Shown here: one piece after another, positions 15,180 to 28,041 of the stretch
Numbering within the stretch: position 1 is the stretch's first letter
Layout: each line of letters starts with the position of its first letter
Assembly: GCF_009914755.1 (NCBI RefSeq)
Contig: NC_060934.1
Length of the DNA: 64,000 nucleotides
Direction: 5' to 3' (one strand)
Source: the human T2T-CHM13v2.0 reference genome, Homo sapiens
Position numbers and translations under genes: made by a program
Notes under the pieces: generated by a model
Database searches by the model: none
Told to the model about the DNA's origin: nothing
Seen by the model: only the letters and a program-made list of their open reading frames with translations

Positions 15180-15530
15180 ACAGTCATTTTGAAAGAGAGT
15201 TTGTCAATTTCTTGTCAAGTTAAACAGACACTCTATTGCCCGGAAATTCCACCCCACCCAAAAGAAACAAAACATGTGCATACAAAGACTGAATGCAAAT
15301 GTATATAGCAGCTGCATTAATAATAGTCAAACCTGGAAACATTTATATGGTTCATTCAACAACATAAATAAAACAATATAAGCATTCAACTGGTGAATGT
15401 ACAATCTAATTATGCTATATCCACACAATTAACTAGTACTCAGCAACAAAGGCAGTGAACTATTAATATTTGAAACAATGTGGGTGAATCTCAAAAGCAT
15501 TATGCTAAATGAAAGAAGCCAGATACAAAA
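15180..15530 (+). mobile_element. L1M 3'-end fragment (L1MC/ME-like)
   Basis: 'caaatgtatatagcagctgcattaataatagtcaaacctggaaac', 'tgaatctcaaaagcattatgctaaatgaaagaagccagatacaaaa'. Confidence 0.75.
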
Positions 15531-15540
15531 ATGAGATCAT

Positions 15541-15806
15541 ACATATCCTTGTCTACTTCCTAAAATCAAAGGACACTATTCAATACTTATTTAACCATGA
15601 AGAATTATGCTATCTGATGCCTTTGTGTTGAAACTCTTCACCAGACTGAGAAGGTTTTCTTCTGCTTCAAGTATGTTGAGAGTATTTATTATATGTGTCT
15701 AATTATATTAAATTTTCTTTTTTCCATTGAGAAAATCATTATTACTAATAGATTTTAAATATTAAATTATCTTACCTGGGATGAACCCCACTTGGTTATA
15801 TGATAT
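15541..15806 (-). mobile_element. Old L1 ORF2 (RT region) fragment
   Basis: 'acatatccttgtctacttcctaa' and 'cctgggatgaaccccacttggttatatgatat' are reverse-complement L1 ORF2 motifs. Confidence 0.65.
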
Positions 15807-16580
15807 CCCCAAATCCAAATCCCTTGGCTATCTCCAAGTCAAAATCTCTTTAATATTCCTCATTACAGTAATGCAGTGTTTCCAAAATTCATTGCTTTTA
15901 ACAGAACATTTAATTTTTCTGTTAAGACATTTTTCAGACTTTGTGTTCCACAGAACAACTATTTATAAATCACTGACATAAATAAGTTAATTAAAACCTG
16001 AAGTATATATCTAGCAATCATTAATTTCTTTCATCTTTACCCATGTATTCACCAATGACTTCTAACATTTTGAAATGAAAGACACAAGAATTGCAGTTAC
16101 TCTTATGCTTACAAATGATCACTTTAAAGCACAATTTCAAAGAAGAGGCTACATATTCAAGTGGGAACAACTTGTGAATAAATCTTAAGATATTATTTGC
16201 CACATATTGATATAATAGTTGTAGAAAATGTTTTACTCTGTGGATGGTAGACTCACTCACTGGAAAGCTCTTGTAACTATATATTGATTCCTTAATGCAG
16301 TCATTTCCTTGAAATATATTCACTTGTCTTGATCTTGCTCTTTACAGTAATAATTTAATCACAGTTTTTCCCTGGTTAACCACTTAGCCGTCCTTTAAAA
16401 TTTCAAGAAGTTCTGGTTATCATCTGAAATTAAATAAGGTAACCATTGACCTTCGAAGTTATATAAAAAACTTTTTTAAATTGGAGATTTTTTTTTTCTG
16501 TAGTCAGAGTTACTATTTTCCCAGGGATGCTAAGTAACATTAATCTATGAAGATAGGTGCATTTTCCCTGCACACCTTCA

Positions 16581-16582
<2 letters not shown>

Positions 16583-16614
<32 letters not shown>
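16583..16614. repeat. (CA)16 microsatellite
   Basis: Perfect CA run. Confidence 0.95.
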
Positions 16615-16615
<1 letters not shown>

Positions 16616-16639
16616 CAATAGATACTTGAATTAGATACT

Positions 16640-16743
16640 TTTATTTGGAGAGATGGGATTCTTGAACACCTTGGCTCAAGAAATCCATTTGCCTCAACCT
16701 CCCAAAGTGCTCAGATTATAGGAGTGAACCACTGTGCCTGGCC
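16640..16743 (-). mobile_element. Alu left monomer / FLAM fragment
   Basis: 'ctcccaaagtgctcagattataggagtgaaccactgtgcctggcc'. Confidence 0.8.
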
Positions 16744-16834
16744 AAAAAATATTTTTTAAGCAGTGACTTAGTTATCAAATATAAAATGAAAAGTATTTTA
16801 TAAACTGGACTAGAACATTTAGTAAACTTCCTTG

Positions 16835-17169
16835 TTTTTATTTATTTATTTTTTTTGAGACGGTCTCGTTCTATTACATGGGCTGGAATACAGTGGGAAG
16901 ATCATAGCTCAGTGCAGCCTTGAACTCCTGGGCTCAAGCAATGTTCTCTCCTCAGCTCCCAAGTAGCTGGGCTTGTAGGCATGTGTCAGCATGCCTGGCT
17001 AATTTTCTTTTTTTCTTTTTTCTTTCTTTCTTTTTTTTTTTTTTTTTTTTTTAAGAGACGGAGTCTCATTTGTTGCCCAGGCTGATCTCAAACTCCTGGC
17101 TTCAAGTGATCTTCCCAGTGTACCCTCCCAAAATGCTGGGATTACAGGCATGTGGCACCATGCCCAACC
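16835..17169 (-). mobile_element. AluJo-type SINE with expanded middle T-rich tract
   Basis: 'atcatagctcagtgcagccttgaactcctgggctcaagc'; ~50-nt T/C linker; TSD tagtaaactt at 16820-16829 and 17170-17179. Confidence 0.92.
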
Positions 17170-17480
17170 TAGTAAACTTATTTTTAAGGTAGCTCAATTT
17201 AAATGTTGAATTGCGATAGACAGGAAAGACTAGACATTCTGCATTTGTCTGGGACGATTCAAACCTAAAACTTAGACCTTATCTTATGATGTGAAGGAAG
17301 GACTAATAATCACAGAGAGACCCAAACCAAGAAAGAATCTTTGCTTATGATAATGTTAAGGGAGATCACCTAGACAGCTTCTCCAGCCTAGCTGCTGGGG
17401 TAGATTCCGGAGAGGAGAGAGGAGGAGAAAGATGCCTGGGTTTTATCTTTGGTGAGTGAAGAATATTGTACTTTACTTAC

Positions 17481-17492
17481 CATACTCTTTTT
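17481..17492 (-). other. Candidate 12-nt microexon
   Basis: Minus strand reads ttttacctttcttctctccctttAG|AAAAAGAGTATG|GTAAGT. Confidence 0.3.
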
Positions 17493-17754
17493 CTAAAGGG
17501 AGAGAAGAAAGGTAAAATACGGTGGGCTTTCTCCAGTTCGAAAGCAAGAAAAAGAAGACCATGGAAGTGACGAATTTTCCCTTCTATTAGGAAGAAAGGG
17601 GAAGGCTTGGGAATAGGAGAGAGTAAGATACTAGAAATTCTTCCTTTGAAGCTCAGTACTATTTTAATACTCTCCACATCACCCCCACTTTTTTTTGACA
17701 TGTAACTTATTTCAAACAAAGTAAAGTAAAGTAAGCACTGAACTGTAAATCTAT

Positions 17755-17822
17755 GAATGTGGACCTCAGTTTTCTTCATATGTAAAGTGAGAAGTTTGGG
17801 CTAGTCTCTGAGGTGTCTTCTA
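17755..17822 (+). mobile_element. MIR/MIR3 core fragment
   Basis: 'cctcagttttcttcatatgtaaagtgagaagtttgggctag'. Confidence 0.55.
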
Positions 17823-18549
17823 TCCTCGTGTACCTGAAATGACCCAAGCTGCAGACACTGTTCGACACACCTTGTCACTACTGGAGTGGATGGCCAGGTG
17901 AATATTCTGGCTTGCTCATCCTGCTTGCAACAGCTGGGGCTGAAACAGCTTGTGGCAAATCTCAGGCTACAGAAGGCCTGGTCAAGGACTTACTCGCTGA
18001 GCACTGCTTCCTCTCCCTCTTGCTCAGCTTGGTAACAGTATCAAGGGCATAGAAACTGCAAGCTCCCCCAGGATCAGCAAATGCATTTTGTTCTTTAGGC
18101 TTCTCCTCCTGGTACTCTGCTGCCCTTTCTTCTCAGAAGCCCTACTGGGGCATTTAGCAGCTCCTTTTAGTCACTTTTGTGTCCAAGGGCTGATGCCCAT
18201 GCAGAGCCTGCTGGCTATTGACTGACTAAAGGTTGGTGGTGGCCACCTCATGCCTGCAAACCACCAGGTTTGAGTATCTTGAGAGAAAGCTCTGGGATAA
18301 TACCCTCCTTGATGTCAGAGTGTATGGGGCCTTGTTGAAGAGTTGCCAGGCAGCCAAGAGAAAGTGTTCCACACATAGAACAGGGGGAGACTTGAATCCT
18401 AGAGAAAACAAAACAAAACCTAACAGAACAGAAATGACCCTTGATGAACCTCTTGCTCTGGACTGGTGCCCTGAAAATGAATGAAATTGTTTTAAAGATT
18501 ACCAAGAAGATATAAAATATCAAATGCGGCATTAATGTGTGAGTATTTT

Positions 18550-19140
18550 ATTTTATTTTTAATTGTGGCATAACACATGTAAAATTTATCATCTTAGCTC
18601 TGTTTAAGTGCACAGTTGAGTAGTGTTAAGTGTATTCACATTGTTGTACAATCAATCTCCAGAACTCTTTTCATCTTGAGAAACTGAAACTCTATGCCCA
18701 TTAAACAACAATTCCTATTCTTCCCTTTCCTGGATTCCTGGCAACCACCCTACTACTTTTGTTTTTAATAAATGTGACTACTCTACGTATCTCATATAAA
18801 TAAAACAACACAGTATTTGTGTTTTTGTGACAGGTTTATTTCACATAGATAATTTGCTCAAAATCCATCCAGGATGTAGCATATGTCACAATTTCCTTCC
18901 TTTATAAGATTAAGTAAAATTTCCTGGTATGTATACGCCACATTTTGTTTATCCATTCACCTGCTTATAGACAGCTGAGGTGCTTTCACCTTTTTGCTAT
19001 TGTGAATAATTATGTTATGATAAAGGGTATACAAATATCTCTTTAGGATCCTGCTTTCCATTTTTGGGGGTATACATGCAGGCATGGAATTGCTAGATCA
19101 TACAGTAATTCTACTTTTAATTTTCTGAGGGATCACCAAA
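18550..19140 (-). mobile_element. L1MB-type 3' end
   Basis: 'agtgttaagtgtattcacattgttgtacaa…tccagaactcttttcatcttg…aactgaaactctatgcccattaaacaac', 'ttgctattgtgaataat'. Confidence 0.85.
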
Positions 19141-19147
19141 ATATAAG

Positions 19148-19316
19148 TGCTATTGTCTGAATATGTGTGTCTCCACAAAATTCATATGTTGAAATCCTAA
19201 CCCCGAAGATGATGGTATTAGGAGGTGGAGGCTTTGGGACGTGATTAGGTCACGTGGGTGTAGCCCTCACGAATGAGATTAGTCCCCTTATAATAAAGAA
19301 CCCAAAGAATTCTCTT
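19148..19316 (+). mobile_element. MLT1A-type MaLR LTR, 5' half
   Basis: 'tgctattgtctgaatatgtgtgtctccacaaaattcatatgttgaaatcctaacccc…gtattaggaggtggaggctttggg'. Confidence 0.85.
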
Positions 19317-19519
19317 GATTTGGTGATTGACATCATTTCCTCCATGGAAGTGAATATAAAAAGAGACACTGTAGAGGACCCTGAGATAATATATGGCTAA
19401 TGATGAGACCCTTGCAGGTGGTATAGAAGCCTCTGGTTTGCCAGGGCAGATTCATATCTAGGATCAAAAGGATAACCCTAGTTGCTTAACAGGGAATAGA
19501 GTTGCATGAGAACGCAACA

Positions 19520-19690
19520 ATTTATTATAATGTATAGTTATTATAATAATTACAGGAATAGTTTATTATAATTTATAATTATATTAATTTATAATTATAA
19601 TTTATAACTTATAATTTAAAAATATCTTTAATTGTACACCAAAGTCATTCATATTATATACATAACATATATATAATACATATATATGAA
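19520..19690. repeat. AT-rich low-complexity tract
   Basis: (ttataa)-like reiterations. Confidence 0.7.
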
Positions 19691-20882
19691 TATTTCTGCA
19701 AACAAACCTTTCAAATGTAAAACCAGGAAAGAAGCTGATATTCAAACTGTCAGTTCTACTTCCTTGTCCAGCAAAGATGATATCAAGCAGAGTATATTGG
19801 AAATAACCTCATAAAAACTCAGGCACTAGTATACCATATACCTAATCCTAATGTCAATAAATAAACCAGCTGCTTGATAGAAGCCCACCAAACAAGTTCC
19901 TACATAGCCGACTTTCATTTCCTTACCAGGATGATAAGGAGGAAAAGAGATATCATTAGCTCTAAGATGGATACTTTAGAAGGAACAGTTCTTTCAATGA
20001 TTCTAGAAATCTTATCTGGCTTATGTATCTTCTGGCATTCACAGAGAACCTGTAACTATTTTGCATACATTTCTTCTGAACCTATGTCTTATTTCTGCCT
20101 GCCACACAAATCCAGAGTACCTATGATTTAGATTACTATATTATTTTCCCAGTTGCCGTAATATATTCAAACAGATCAAGAATGTGAGATGTGCTCTAAC
20201 TAGACTCGGAATAAAATCCTTCTAGTTCTTTATTAATCCCATTGCCTTGAAAAGCAAACAAAACTCTGCCCTGAGGTATAATACAAACCACTTGCTTTGT
20301 TATTACTATGGCTATCCTATTTCTTCAGGAGTGCTGTTGTCAGAAATGATTCTTCTGATTTTGGTGGTTGTAGCCTATATCATCATTTAGAGTTCACAGA
20401 TATGAGAAAGCAATTGAGATGACACTTGTTTTACTAAAGTCAATATTAGTTAACCTGTTGTTTACCTGTGCTTCAGCCCTACATTTATAGACATGGGAAT
20501 TTCGATCCATGTCTAGCCTGTCTCTGAGCTCTGTAGGCAGAAGCAGAGATGATTTCTAGAAAAATAATCCAGATAATAAAGGATTTGCTTCAACCTTTGT
20601 AAAGTATTTTCTCAAGCCTAAATCCCATTAACAATTACATCTACAAATGGATACCACATTTGTTTCTAACCACAATTTCAATGACTTCTACATAATCTTA
20701 ATGATAATAACATGGGATAGGATGTTTGTGGCTCCTGATGGAAATCATCACAGATTTTGATGATCCCATGCATATTGTTTTACAAGGGCCTGGAGAAAAT
20801 ATTAAGGCCATGAGAACAGCATCTATGAAATGAACGCAGTGGAGCTAGTGCCAAGGCTAGGGTCTAGGAAAAGTTGACTTAC

Positions 20883-20976
20883 CCCAAATTTGCTGATTGT
20901 GCCATTCAGTTGACTCTGCCCTTGCTCTTGGCTTGCTCCTTGGTCATACGTTCCTGGACTGAAGGCTTCAACATGC
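20883..20976 (-). other. Candidate 94-nt internal exon (possibly lncRNA)
   Basis: Minus strand reads ctgttctttcctaaAG|GCATG…TTTGGG|GTAAGTC; purine-rich body in unique sequence. Confidence 0.3.
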
Positions 20977-22949
20977 CTTTAGGAAAGAACAGCCAACATT
21001 TCTAGTAGGATATCCAGTACTGGGATCCAAGGCAAAATGCAGGCCACTGAAGAAGCTCACAGCTTCTAGTAAAGCTCAATTATGTATTTGTTGATGAGAG
21101 AAAGCCTCAGGGTGAAAGAGAGAATGTTGACTTAATTTATTAAATGAGAAAACTAATGGAAATAGATTCAATCATATATATTTCTACTTACTGTAGAAAA
21201 TATATGATGATAGGACTACAATTTTCAGATGAGATTGAGAAACCAGCTGCCTTCAGCATCTTCTGTGACTGATTTACTCTAAACTAGGAATGAGATCTGC
21301 AAACCAACAGGTTCTACTCAACCACACTTTACTTCCTGCTTTCTTGTGGAACCATGCAAGCTTAGGGAGACCTGTTAGTCTTGGGCTTGTGAACTACAGT
21401 TCTCCAACAGCAAATGTGTCATGCATTCCCTGGGCAGAAGGGTCCATGATCACAGACTGTGGTATCAAACTGTCTCCAACAGCAACCAAAGAGTGTGTAG
21501 GATGTCTGAGAAGGACACTAAGCAAGCTAACAGCTGGACTGGGAGAAAAAAATAACTTTCCATGGCATGTTCAAAAATTATGTGGTACCCTCAGAACATG
21601 CAAATAAACAATTATATGTGGATATAAGATGGCTACAAACATCTACACACACTGAAAATAAAATCTGCATCCATAATCAACAGAACTCTAGACTGGGTTC
21701 ATATTCTTAAACATAAAATGCAACTTTTGAAGAAATTCTTAAAGTTTTATTCCTCTCTCCCAAAGAAAATCTTCACAACACTGTAATCTCTTTGTAGATT
21801 TTGAAACACTTCTATGAACAAAAATTATAATTTGATTTTTAGTCAAAATATTGTCCTGGATAGGTACCATAGTCCTTTAAGATGTGTTATCAGTACAATT
21901 TCCCAAATGGCTAATTTCTAACAATAAAGTCCAATTTCCCCTCCACAGCTAAGTGTCATGTTTTCTCATCTACTAAAAGTCAAGTGGCTCCTCTGGCTTG
22001 CAGATTACAAGACAATGTTTCGATGAGGTGTCAGGCTGTACCTGCATATGCTTCCTCTAATGTAGTCTTATCATTATCAAAGTAGTGATTTTGAATTTTG
22101 AAATGTTGGCCTGTTTTTACACAACATAATTCACATAACTCCACATAGATATTGAGATTTATGTAGTAGGATGTATTTATCTTAGCCAAGCCCATGTAGG
22201 AATAGCATAGGAAACAATATGTCATACTTGCATGCCTGAGTTGCTGGTCCTAGGTTTGGTGAAGTTGTCACTGTGGGTTAAGAATTTTCAGAACATTTTC
22301 CAGGGAGTACAGCAAGTTTTGGCATTTGGGTTGATAAAATTTAAAAGATGCTTTCAAGGACTTCTGCATTGAGACAATACGATCAAAAGGCAAAAGTCTG
22401 TAGCTTCTAGCTTTCACCTGTTTCAACCCTGAACAATGTTTCAGCCTGGACTCTAGTAAGCATAACCATTTGAAATTTGGGAGTAGAGTGAAAAGGTCAT
22501 ACCTCAGGACCTAAAATGTCGGAAAAAAAATACATGAGTCATTTGCACACAACATTTGCTCGAATGTTGCACAGAGATTGATTATAGAATATTTGGAAAC
22601 CATTCTATGAACATTTGTAGCCAATGGCTTTCGTTCAGATGAGTTCTAAATTTATTAAGAAACAGAGACTAGATTTTTTTGATATTATTGAAATATTCAG
22701 TAACCACTACTCTTTTGAATGTTAATAGCATTAAATTTGTATTTGTATTTTGCCAAGGCACTCTCCATTACCTTACCCATGTTGATATAACTTTGCTTCT
22801 CGTAATACATACAAATGACCCTTAAATCTGTAGTAACTATAGTCCAAGAATGTAAATAGCTGAATATATGTGAATGAACACATGAAAGGATGGACAGAAG
22901 GATGAATTAAAAATAAAAATAAATAAATGCAGAAACAAATGAATGAATA

Positions 22950-23300
22950 AAGCCAGCAGAAAGTGAGTATAGTTAGTACCTGGGGAGGCGGGTATTAAAC
23001 TTATGATAGGAAAGTCAGAGAAAGGGTCTCTGACAAGACAACATGAGTAAAGTAAGATCTGAGCAAAGGAGCTGAGAATGTAAGCCTTGTGCATTCTTTG
23101 AAGAAGAATGTTTCAGATAGAGGAAAGAGAATAAAGATCTAGAGGCAGAAACACATCTGACATGATTGAAGAACAAAGAGGCCAGTGTGGTGAGAGCAGA
23201 ATGAATGAAGGGGAGAGATGTAGGATATGGGTTATAATTCCAGGGGAGACAGATTGTATGGGCCTTTAGAGGCCCCTATAAATATCTTGGCATTTATACC
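22950..23300 (-). mobile_element. L2 LINE fragment
   Basis: 'gtcagagaaagggtctctgacaag', 'gaagaatgtttcagatagagg', 'gaggccagtgtggtgagagcagaatgaatgaagggg'. Confidence 0.75.
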
Positions 23301-23831
23301 CAATAAATACAAATGTTTACTTAAAAATTATAATGGGAAATGAAATTTAAGTTCAGCTTTTCTGCATCATTCATAATATGTGAGGTATTATTTTTCTAGC
23401 AGTGGATGAGTGTTGAACTATACTATTTCTCATCCTTTTTGTTATCAATAGTCTTACTTATTGAGATGTGAGGCTTGTAGCTGTGGAATAAAAGAAAATT
23501 AACTGTAATTGTTACTGATTTAGTACCAAACACTAATATCCTTCATTAATGTATTTCTTCAATGAGGAACTCTAAGCAATTTCTATATGCTCAGTACTGT
23601 GCTAGGAAATAATTGCAAACTCCAGGAGGACTGGGACATGATTGCTTCAAACTGCTCCTTTTCAGGATTAGCATAGCTCAATAGCACATGCTCAATAATG
23701 TGTACAGAATAAAGAAGTTACTAATAAATGAGGAAATGAGGATACAACAGTGAAGAGTATATAGTTGGTGTCTGATTTCACAGAACATACAGTCGAATGA
23801 AAGAGTGATTTTAAAATAAGCAACTATAGTA

Positions 23832-24483
23832 CAGTTATGCACCAAACAATGTTTTGGTGAAGAACAGATCACATATATGATGGTGGTTCCATAAGATTTA
23901 TTATGGAGCTGAAAACTTTTTATCACCTGATGATATCTTAATCATCTTGATCCTTTGTAGGTCTAGGCTAATACGTGTGTTTGTGTCTTAATTTTTAACA
24001 AAAAGTTTTAAAGTAAAATAAATAAATTTGCAATGGAAAAAAGCTTATAGAATAATGATATAATGAAAGAAAATATTTTTGTACAGCTATACAGTGTGTT
24101 TGTGTTTTGAACTGAAAGTTATTACAAGAATCAAAAAGTTAAAAAATTAAAAGCTTATAAAGTAAAAAATTACAGGTAAGGTTAATTTATTATTAAAAAA
24201 TATTTGTTTATAAATGTACTGTAGCCTGATTATACAGTGTTTACAAAGTCTCCAGTAGTGTTCAGCAATGTCCTAGGCCTTCACATTCACTCACTACTCA
24301 CTCACCCACTCACTCACCCAGAGCAACATTTAGTCCTGAACGCTTCAGTCACAGTAAGTACCTTACATAGGCGTACCTTTGTGTTTTTTAAATCTTTTAC
24401 ATTCTATAATGTTTGCACAATGACAAAATCACCTAAAGAATACGTTTTCAAACATATTCCCACTGTTAAGCGACTCAAGACTA
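23832..24483 (+). mobile_element. Tigger3-family (TcMar) non-autonomous DNA transposon
   Basis: Left end 'TA|cagttatgc…gatggtggttccataagatt…ggagctgaaaa'; internal 'tcctaggccttcacattcactcac'; right end 'ccactgttaagcgactcaagact'. Confidence 0.85.
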
Positions 24484-25283
24484 TGATGAAGGAAGGATAG
24501 TTTCAGAGTGATGGTGATTAATCATTGCAGAATTCAGTAACAAAGTAACTACTGCCTAAAATATCAACACTAAGAAAAGTCATTGAAATACTGACCAGTG
24601 TTGTTGGAGAAAATTGGAAGAAAAAGACTAAGCATACAAATTGCAGATATTTATTTCTTGTTTAGAATATGATTAGGCTGAATGGTGAAATGCACCTAAC
24701 AAAATTAAGTCAGCTTTATAAATGGTGCCGGGTTGTTTATTAGATTTGCTTGAAAATTTCTCAAAAAATTATCCAAGACTTTGGCAATTTACTACAAAGC
24801 CAATTCTATGAATATAATCACTAAAAAAAAAATCTATTGCCTCAGCATCTTCACTAAGAACAAGAGTAGGCACAAAACTCAAGAGTAATTTCAAAGCATG
24901 TTGATTTCTCCCATATTCTTCTTATGGATAATTCATTAAGGCCTTGCAAATGTCAATTCACAAATCAAAGACACATTTGTATCTTCAGGTTCTTACATGT
25001 AAAAAGAGAAACCATCCATGTTTATGTAAGAGATGTCATTCCAATTTATAATTACCTGTCAGCTTTCAGGAAAAATGAATATTCAAGAACACAGGAAGAA
25101 TGACCATACAACAAAAAGGAAAACATCATGGATTGTTCTGGAAGTCATTAACTAAATTGTCTATTTACAAACCTTAGCATGACTCTAAAATTACCTAATG
25201 CTTTTCTTGTAGAAAATAAAAAAGAAATAGTATCTAACAAACAGAATCTTGATTATTAGAAGGGATTTTTATAGTTTCCAAAG

Positions 25284-25486
25284 CAGCAGTTGGCAAACCT
25301 TTTCTATAAAGGGTCAGACTAAATATTTCAAGCTGTGCAGGCTAAACATTCTCTGTCACTGCTACTCAACTCTGCCGGTGTAGTTGAAAGCAGGCTTTGT
25401 GAACAAATGAGCATGGCTGATAAAACTATTTACAAAAGCAGGCAGCATACCAGATGTGGCTCACGGGTTACAGTTTGCAGACCCCC
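25284..25486 (-). mobile_element. MER58A MITE
   Basis: 'ttggcaaaccttttctataaagggtcaga…ctactcaactctgcc…agtttgcagacccc' is the reverse complement of the element at 3595-4119. Confidence 0.8.
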
Positions 25487-25824
25487 ATTCTAGAAGATTT
25501 TCAGATTAAAGAAGCTCTGGGGGTGCTTAGTATTTATCTGACCACAACCAGATACATTCCAAAGTCATGAGAGCTATAATATCTCAGGTGATATCAAGCC
25601 TGGAGAATAAATCCTATTTATGTAAGTCAACTGAAAAAGCAAATGGAGAACTTTACCTGAACTTGCCTGCAGTTGATACATTCTGGGAGACATGAAAAAT
25701 ACATTTTTTAATGACAGAAATTAACCCATAAAAAGATGTTTGAGGAAGAGGGATGTGTGAATCAAGTGTGTTCAATCTTTTTCAGCAGAACTGCCTGAAA
25801 TTTACAAAAGCAGAAAATAGATTA

Positions 25825-25972
25825 AGCTAGATGTCAAGATGTCTGGATTCTATTACGGGCTTTGCTACTAAGAGCTCATATGACCTCTACACTTCAATTT
25901 CCCTAACTCTAAAAAAAAAGTATGTGAACTTGATGAACTTTGAAATTATTTCAGACTAGAAAAGTTGATGGT
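25825..25972 (+). mobile_element. MIR3-like fragment
   Basis: 'gtcaagatgtctggattctatt…ctttgctacta…cttcaatttccctaactctaaaa'. Confidence 0.5.
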
Positions 25973-26715
25973 ATTATGAATGAAATGAACGTTTTGATAA
26001 TATTGCCAATTAAAAGAAACCATGACTGAGAGGGCCAATGGTGACTAAGAGGACAGGTGCCCCACCAGGCAGACCTGCTGTGAGCATTCAACATCTGAGT
26101 TGCCAGGGACTTTTTAATGACAATGAAATCAAGATGATGGAATGCCTCATAGAGTACATGCCATAAGTTCCAGGCAGAGTCTGTTCAGCACCCAGATAAT
26201 CGGTAGACAAATGTACAGTGTGGAAAAGGTAGAGAGAGACTAGCTGCCAATAAGCCAAAGCATTCATTGCTTGCAAAGTAGAAGCAAATGTTGCTCACAT
26301 CAGAGCATATGAAGCAAGGCCTCCTATTTCAGTGTGTGTTGGTATCCATACATTTCTTTAAAGAAAAGGTCAATTTATACTCGGTTATATTTGATTATTA
26401 AAGGCTAAGATGCTGCATTTGACTGTGAATCTGGAAAACCCTCAATCCAAGAAATTCTCAAGAAAGGTAATCTCAGATTCCCAGGAGCTCAGGTTTCAAA
26501 ATTCATCAGAAAGAAAGTACTAGTGGAGAACTGCTTGGAGAATATGCTACCTCTTGATGACACTGGTTTCTCTAAAATCTATCCTTCCATTGAGTCAGAC
26601 CATCTGAGAAACAAACTTGTCCAATCTATCCCTCCTACCTGCTCACCATAGAATTGCTTTTACGGAATCAGAGTTTGCTGCAATGCTATAAATATACACT
26701 GATGATACTTACATA

Positions 26716-26836
26716 CAGCATAGCCACATGTTCTGGGGTGCCTGGGAAAATCCTAGTTTATGCCTATTGTCCCAACATAATGACTGATGATAAATGCTTT
26801 TCCAAGAACCATTTTTCTCTTAATGAAGGCAACTTA
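26716..26836 (+). mobile_element. MER94-like (hAT-Blackjack) MITE
   Basis: 'gcctgggaaaatcctagtttatgcctattgtcccaacataat' resembles MER94 'gcccgggacagtcccggtttacgcctgttgtcccggcgtaat'. Confidence 0.55.
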
Positions 26837-28041
26837 AACAATTCAACCATTTTTTAAAAAAAATCATAGGGAAAAGGAAACAAACAAACAAACACGATTT
26901 AGTGGACCCTCTTATTTTTCCTAAATCAAGTGGGAAGAAAGAGAAGCATTCTCAACCAATGGATTTTCACCATTCTAGAGCAGGTATGGCAAATACTGAC
27001 ACTGAAAAAGGAAAATTAGTTAACGTCTTTCTGCTTCTTGGTCACCAAGGAAAGTGGATCTTGACTTGAATCACAAGTGGCACAGTGTTTCTGTGATCAG
27101 GGTTCAGCAAATAGATGGCAGTTGTATGACCTGATACATGCTTGCTCTCTTGCCTCAGGTTGCCCTGGAGAAATGACCAAAAGGCCATAGGTCCCTCACT
27201 TTTTGAGGACCACGTTTCACTGCAAGCAGCCAAGCATCTAGCACCCAGAAAGATTAGATAAAAACAACTCACCAATCCTTTTCAAATATATCACTTCCCT
27301 TTAAAGTACAGCTATTTGTTCCAGGATTCAACTAGCGACACAATATTCTAGTTATAGCATTTCACTATATTTTTAATATACCCAAATTTTAACTAATTTA
27401 TGGGACACCAAAATGATCAAGTGGAGAGTACAACATTTGTTTTGGAGGAACCAGACTCTAAAATATTATCATCTACATCCTTTTATTTTCTTTAGTTTAC
27501 ATTTATTATAGCTTGTTATTTTAAATCATTGTTGGAACAAGGCAGTTTATAAATAAAGAATAGAAAAGTACGAATGAAATAGTGAGATGGCATGATATTT
27601 CCCAGGGTTCCTCAAACCATACTGAGACCTTCCAAGGGAAGAATGATCCTTGTTTATTTAACAATCAACAAATAGCAATGTGCACTACGTTAGGAAAGAT
27701 AACACTATATCACCCCCTGAATATTCTGTGTAGCTTTAGGTGGTCTTACTTATTTCCTTTCCTTCTCTAGTAGTAGAGTGCAGTTGCACACAATGAGCAT
27801 CTCTCCGATATGCAGCTCTTTTAATGAACAGCTCATATATTTGCTCAAAAGATAGGCCTGGGGAAATATAAGGCAATGGAAGATTTTGTTCTGCCCACTA
27901 ATTTATTTAAAAATCCTTTGGATTGAGTGGAAAGACAGTTTTAATGGTCTTTTTACATCCTACAAGAAATATAATAATCACCAGCTAACCCAAACATAAC
28001 TTTTGAAGGAATCATAGCTAAAGAAGAAAATGGGAAGGTAG

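Noticed and set aside
17830-18484. GC-richer unique block with an 83-aa ORF (18233-18484)
   Set aside because: No recognisable protein similarity, poly-A/TSD or paired splice sites; may be regulatory but I cannot support that
21290-21607. 105-aa ATG-initiated ORF in unique DNA
   Set aside because: No domain or composition signal; an ORF of this length is expected by chance in 64 kb
27108-27121. CTCF-like CAAATAGATGGCAG
   Set aside because: Two mismatches at informative 5' core positions
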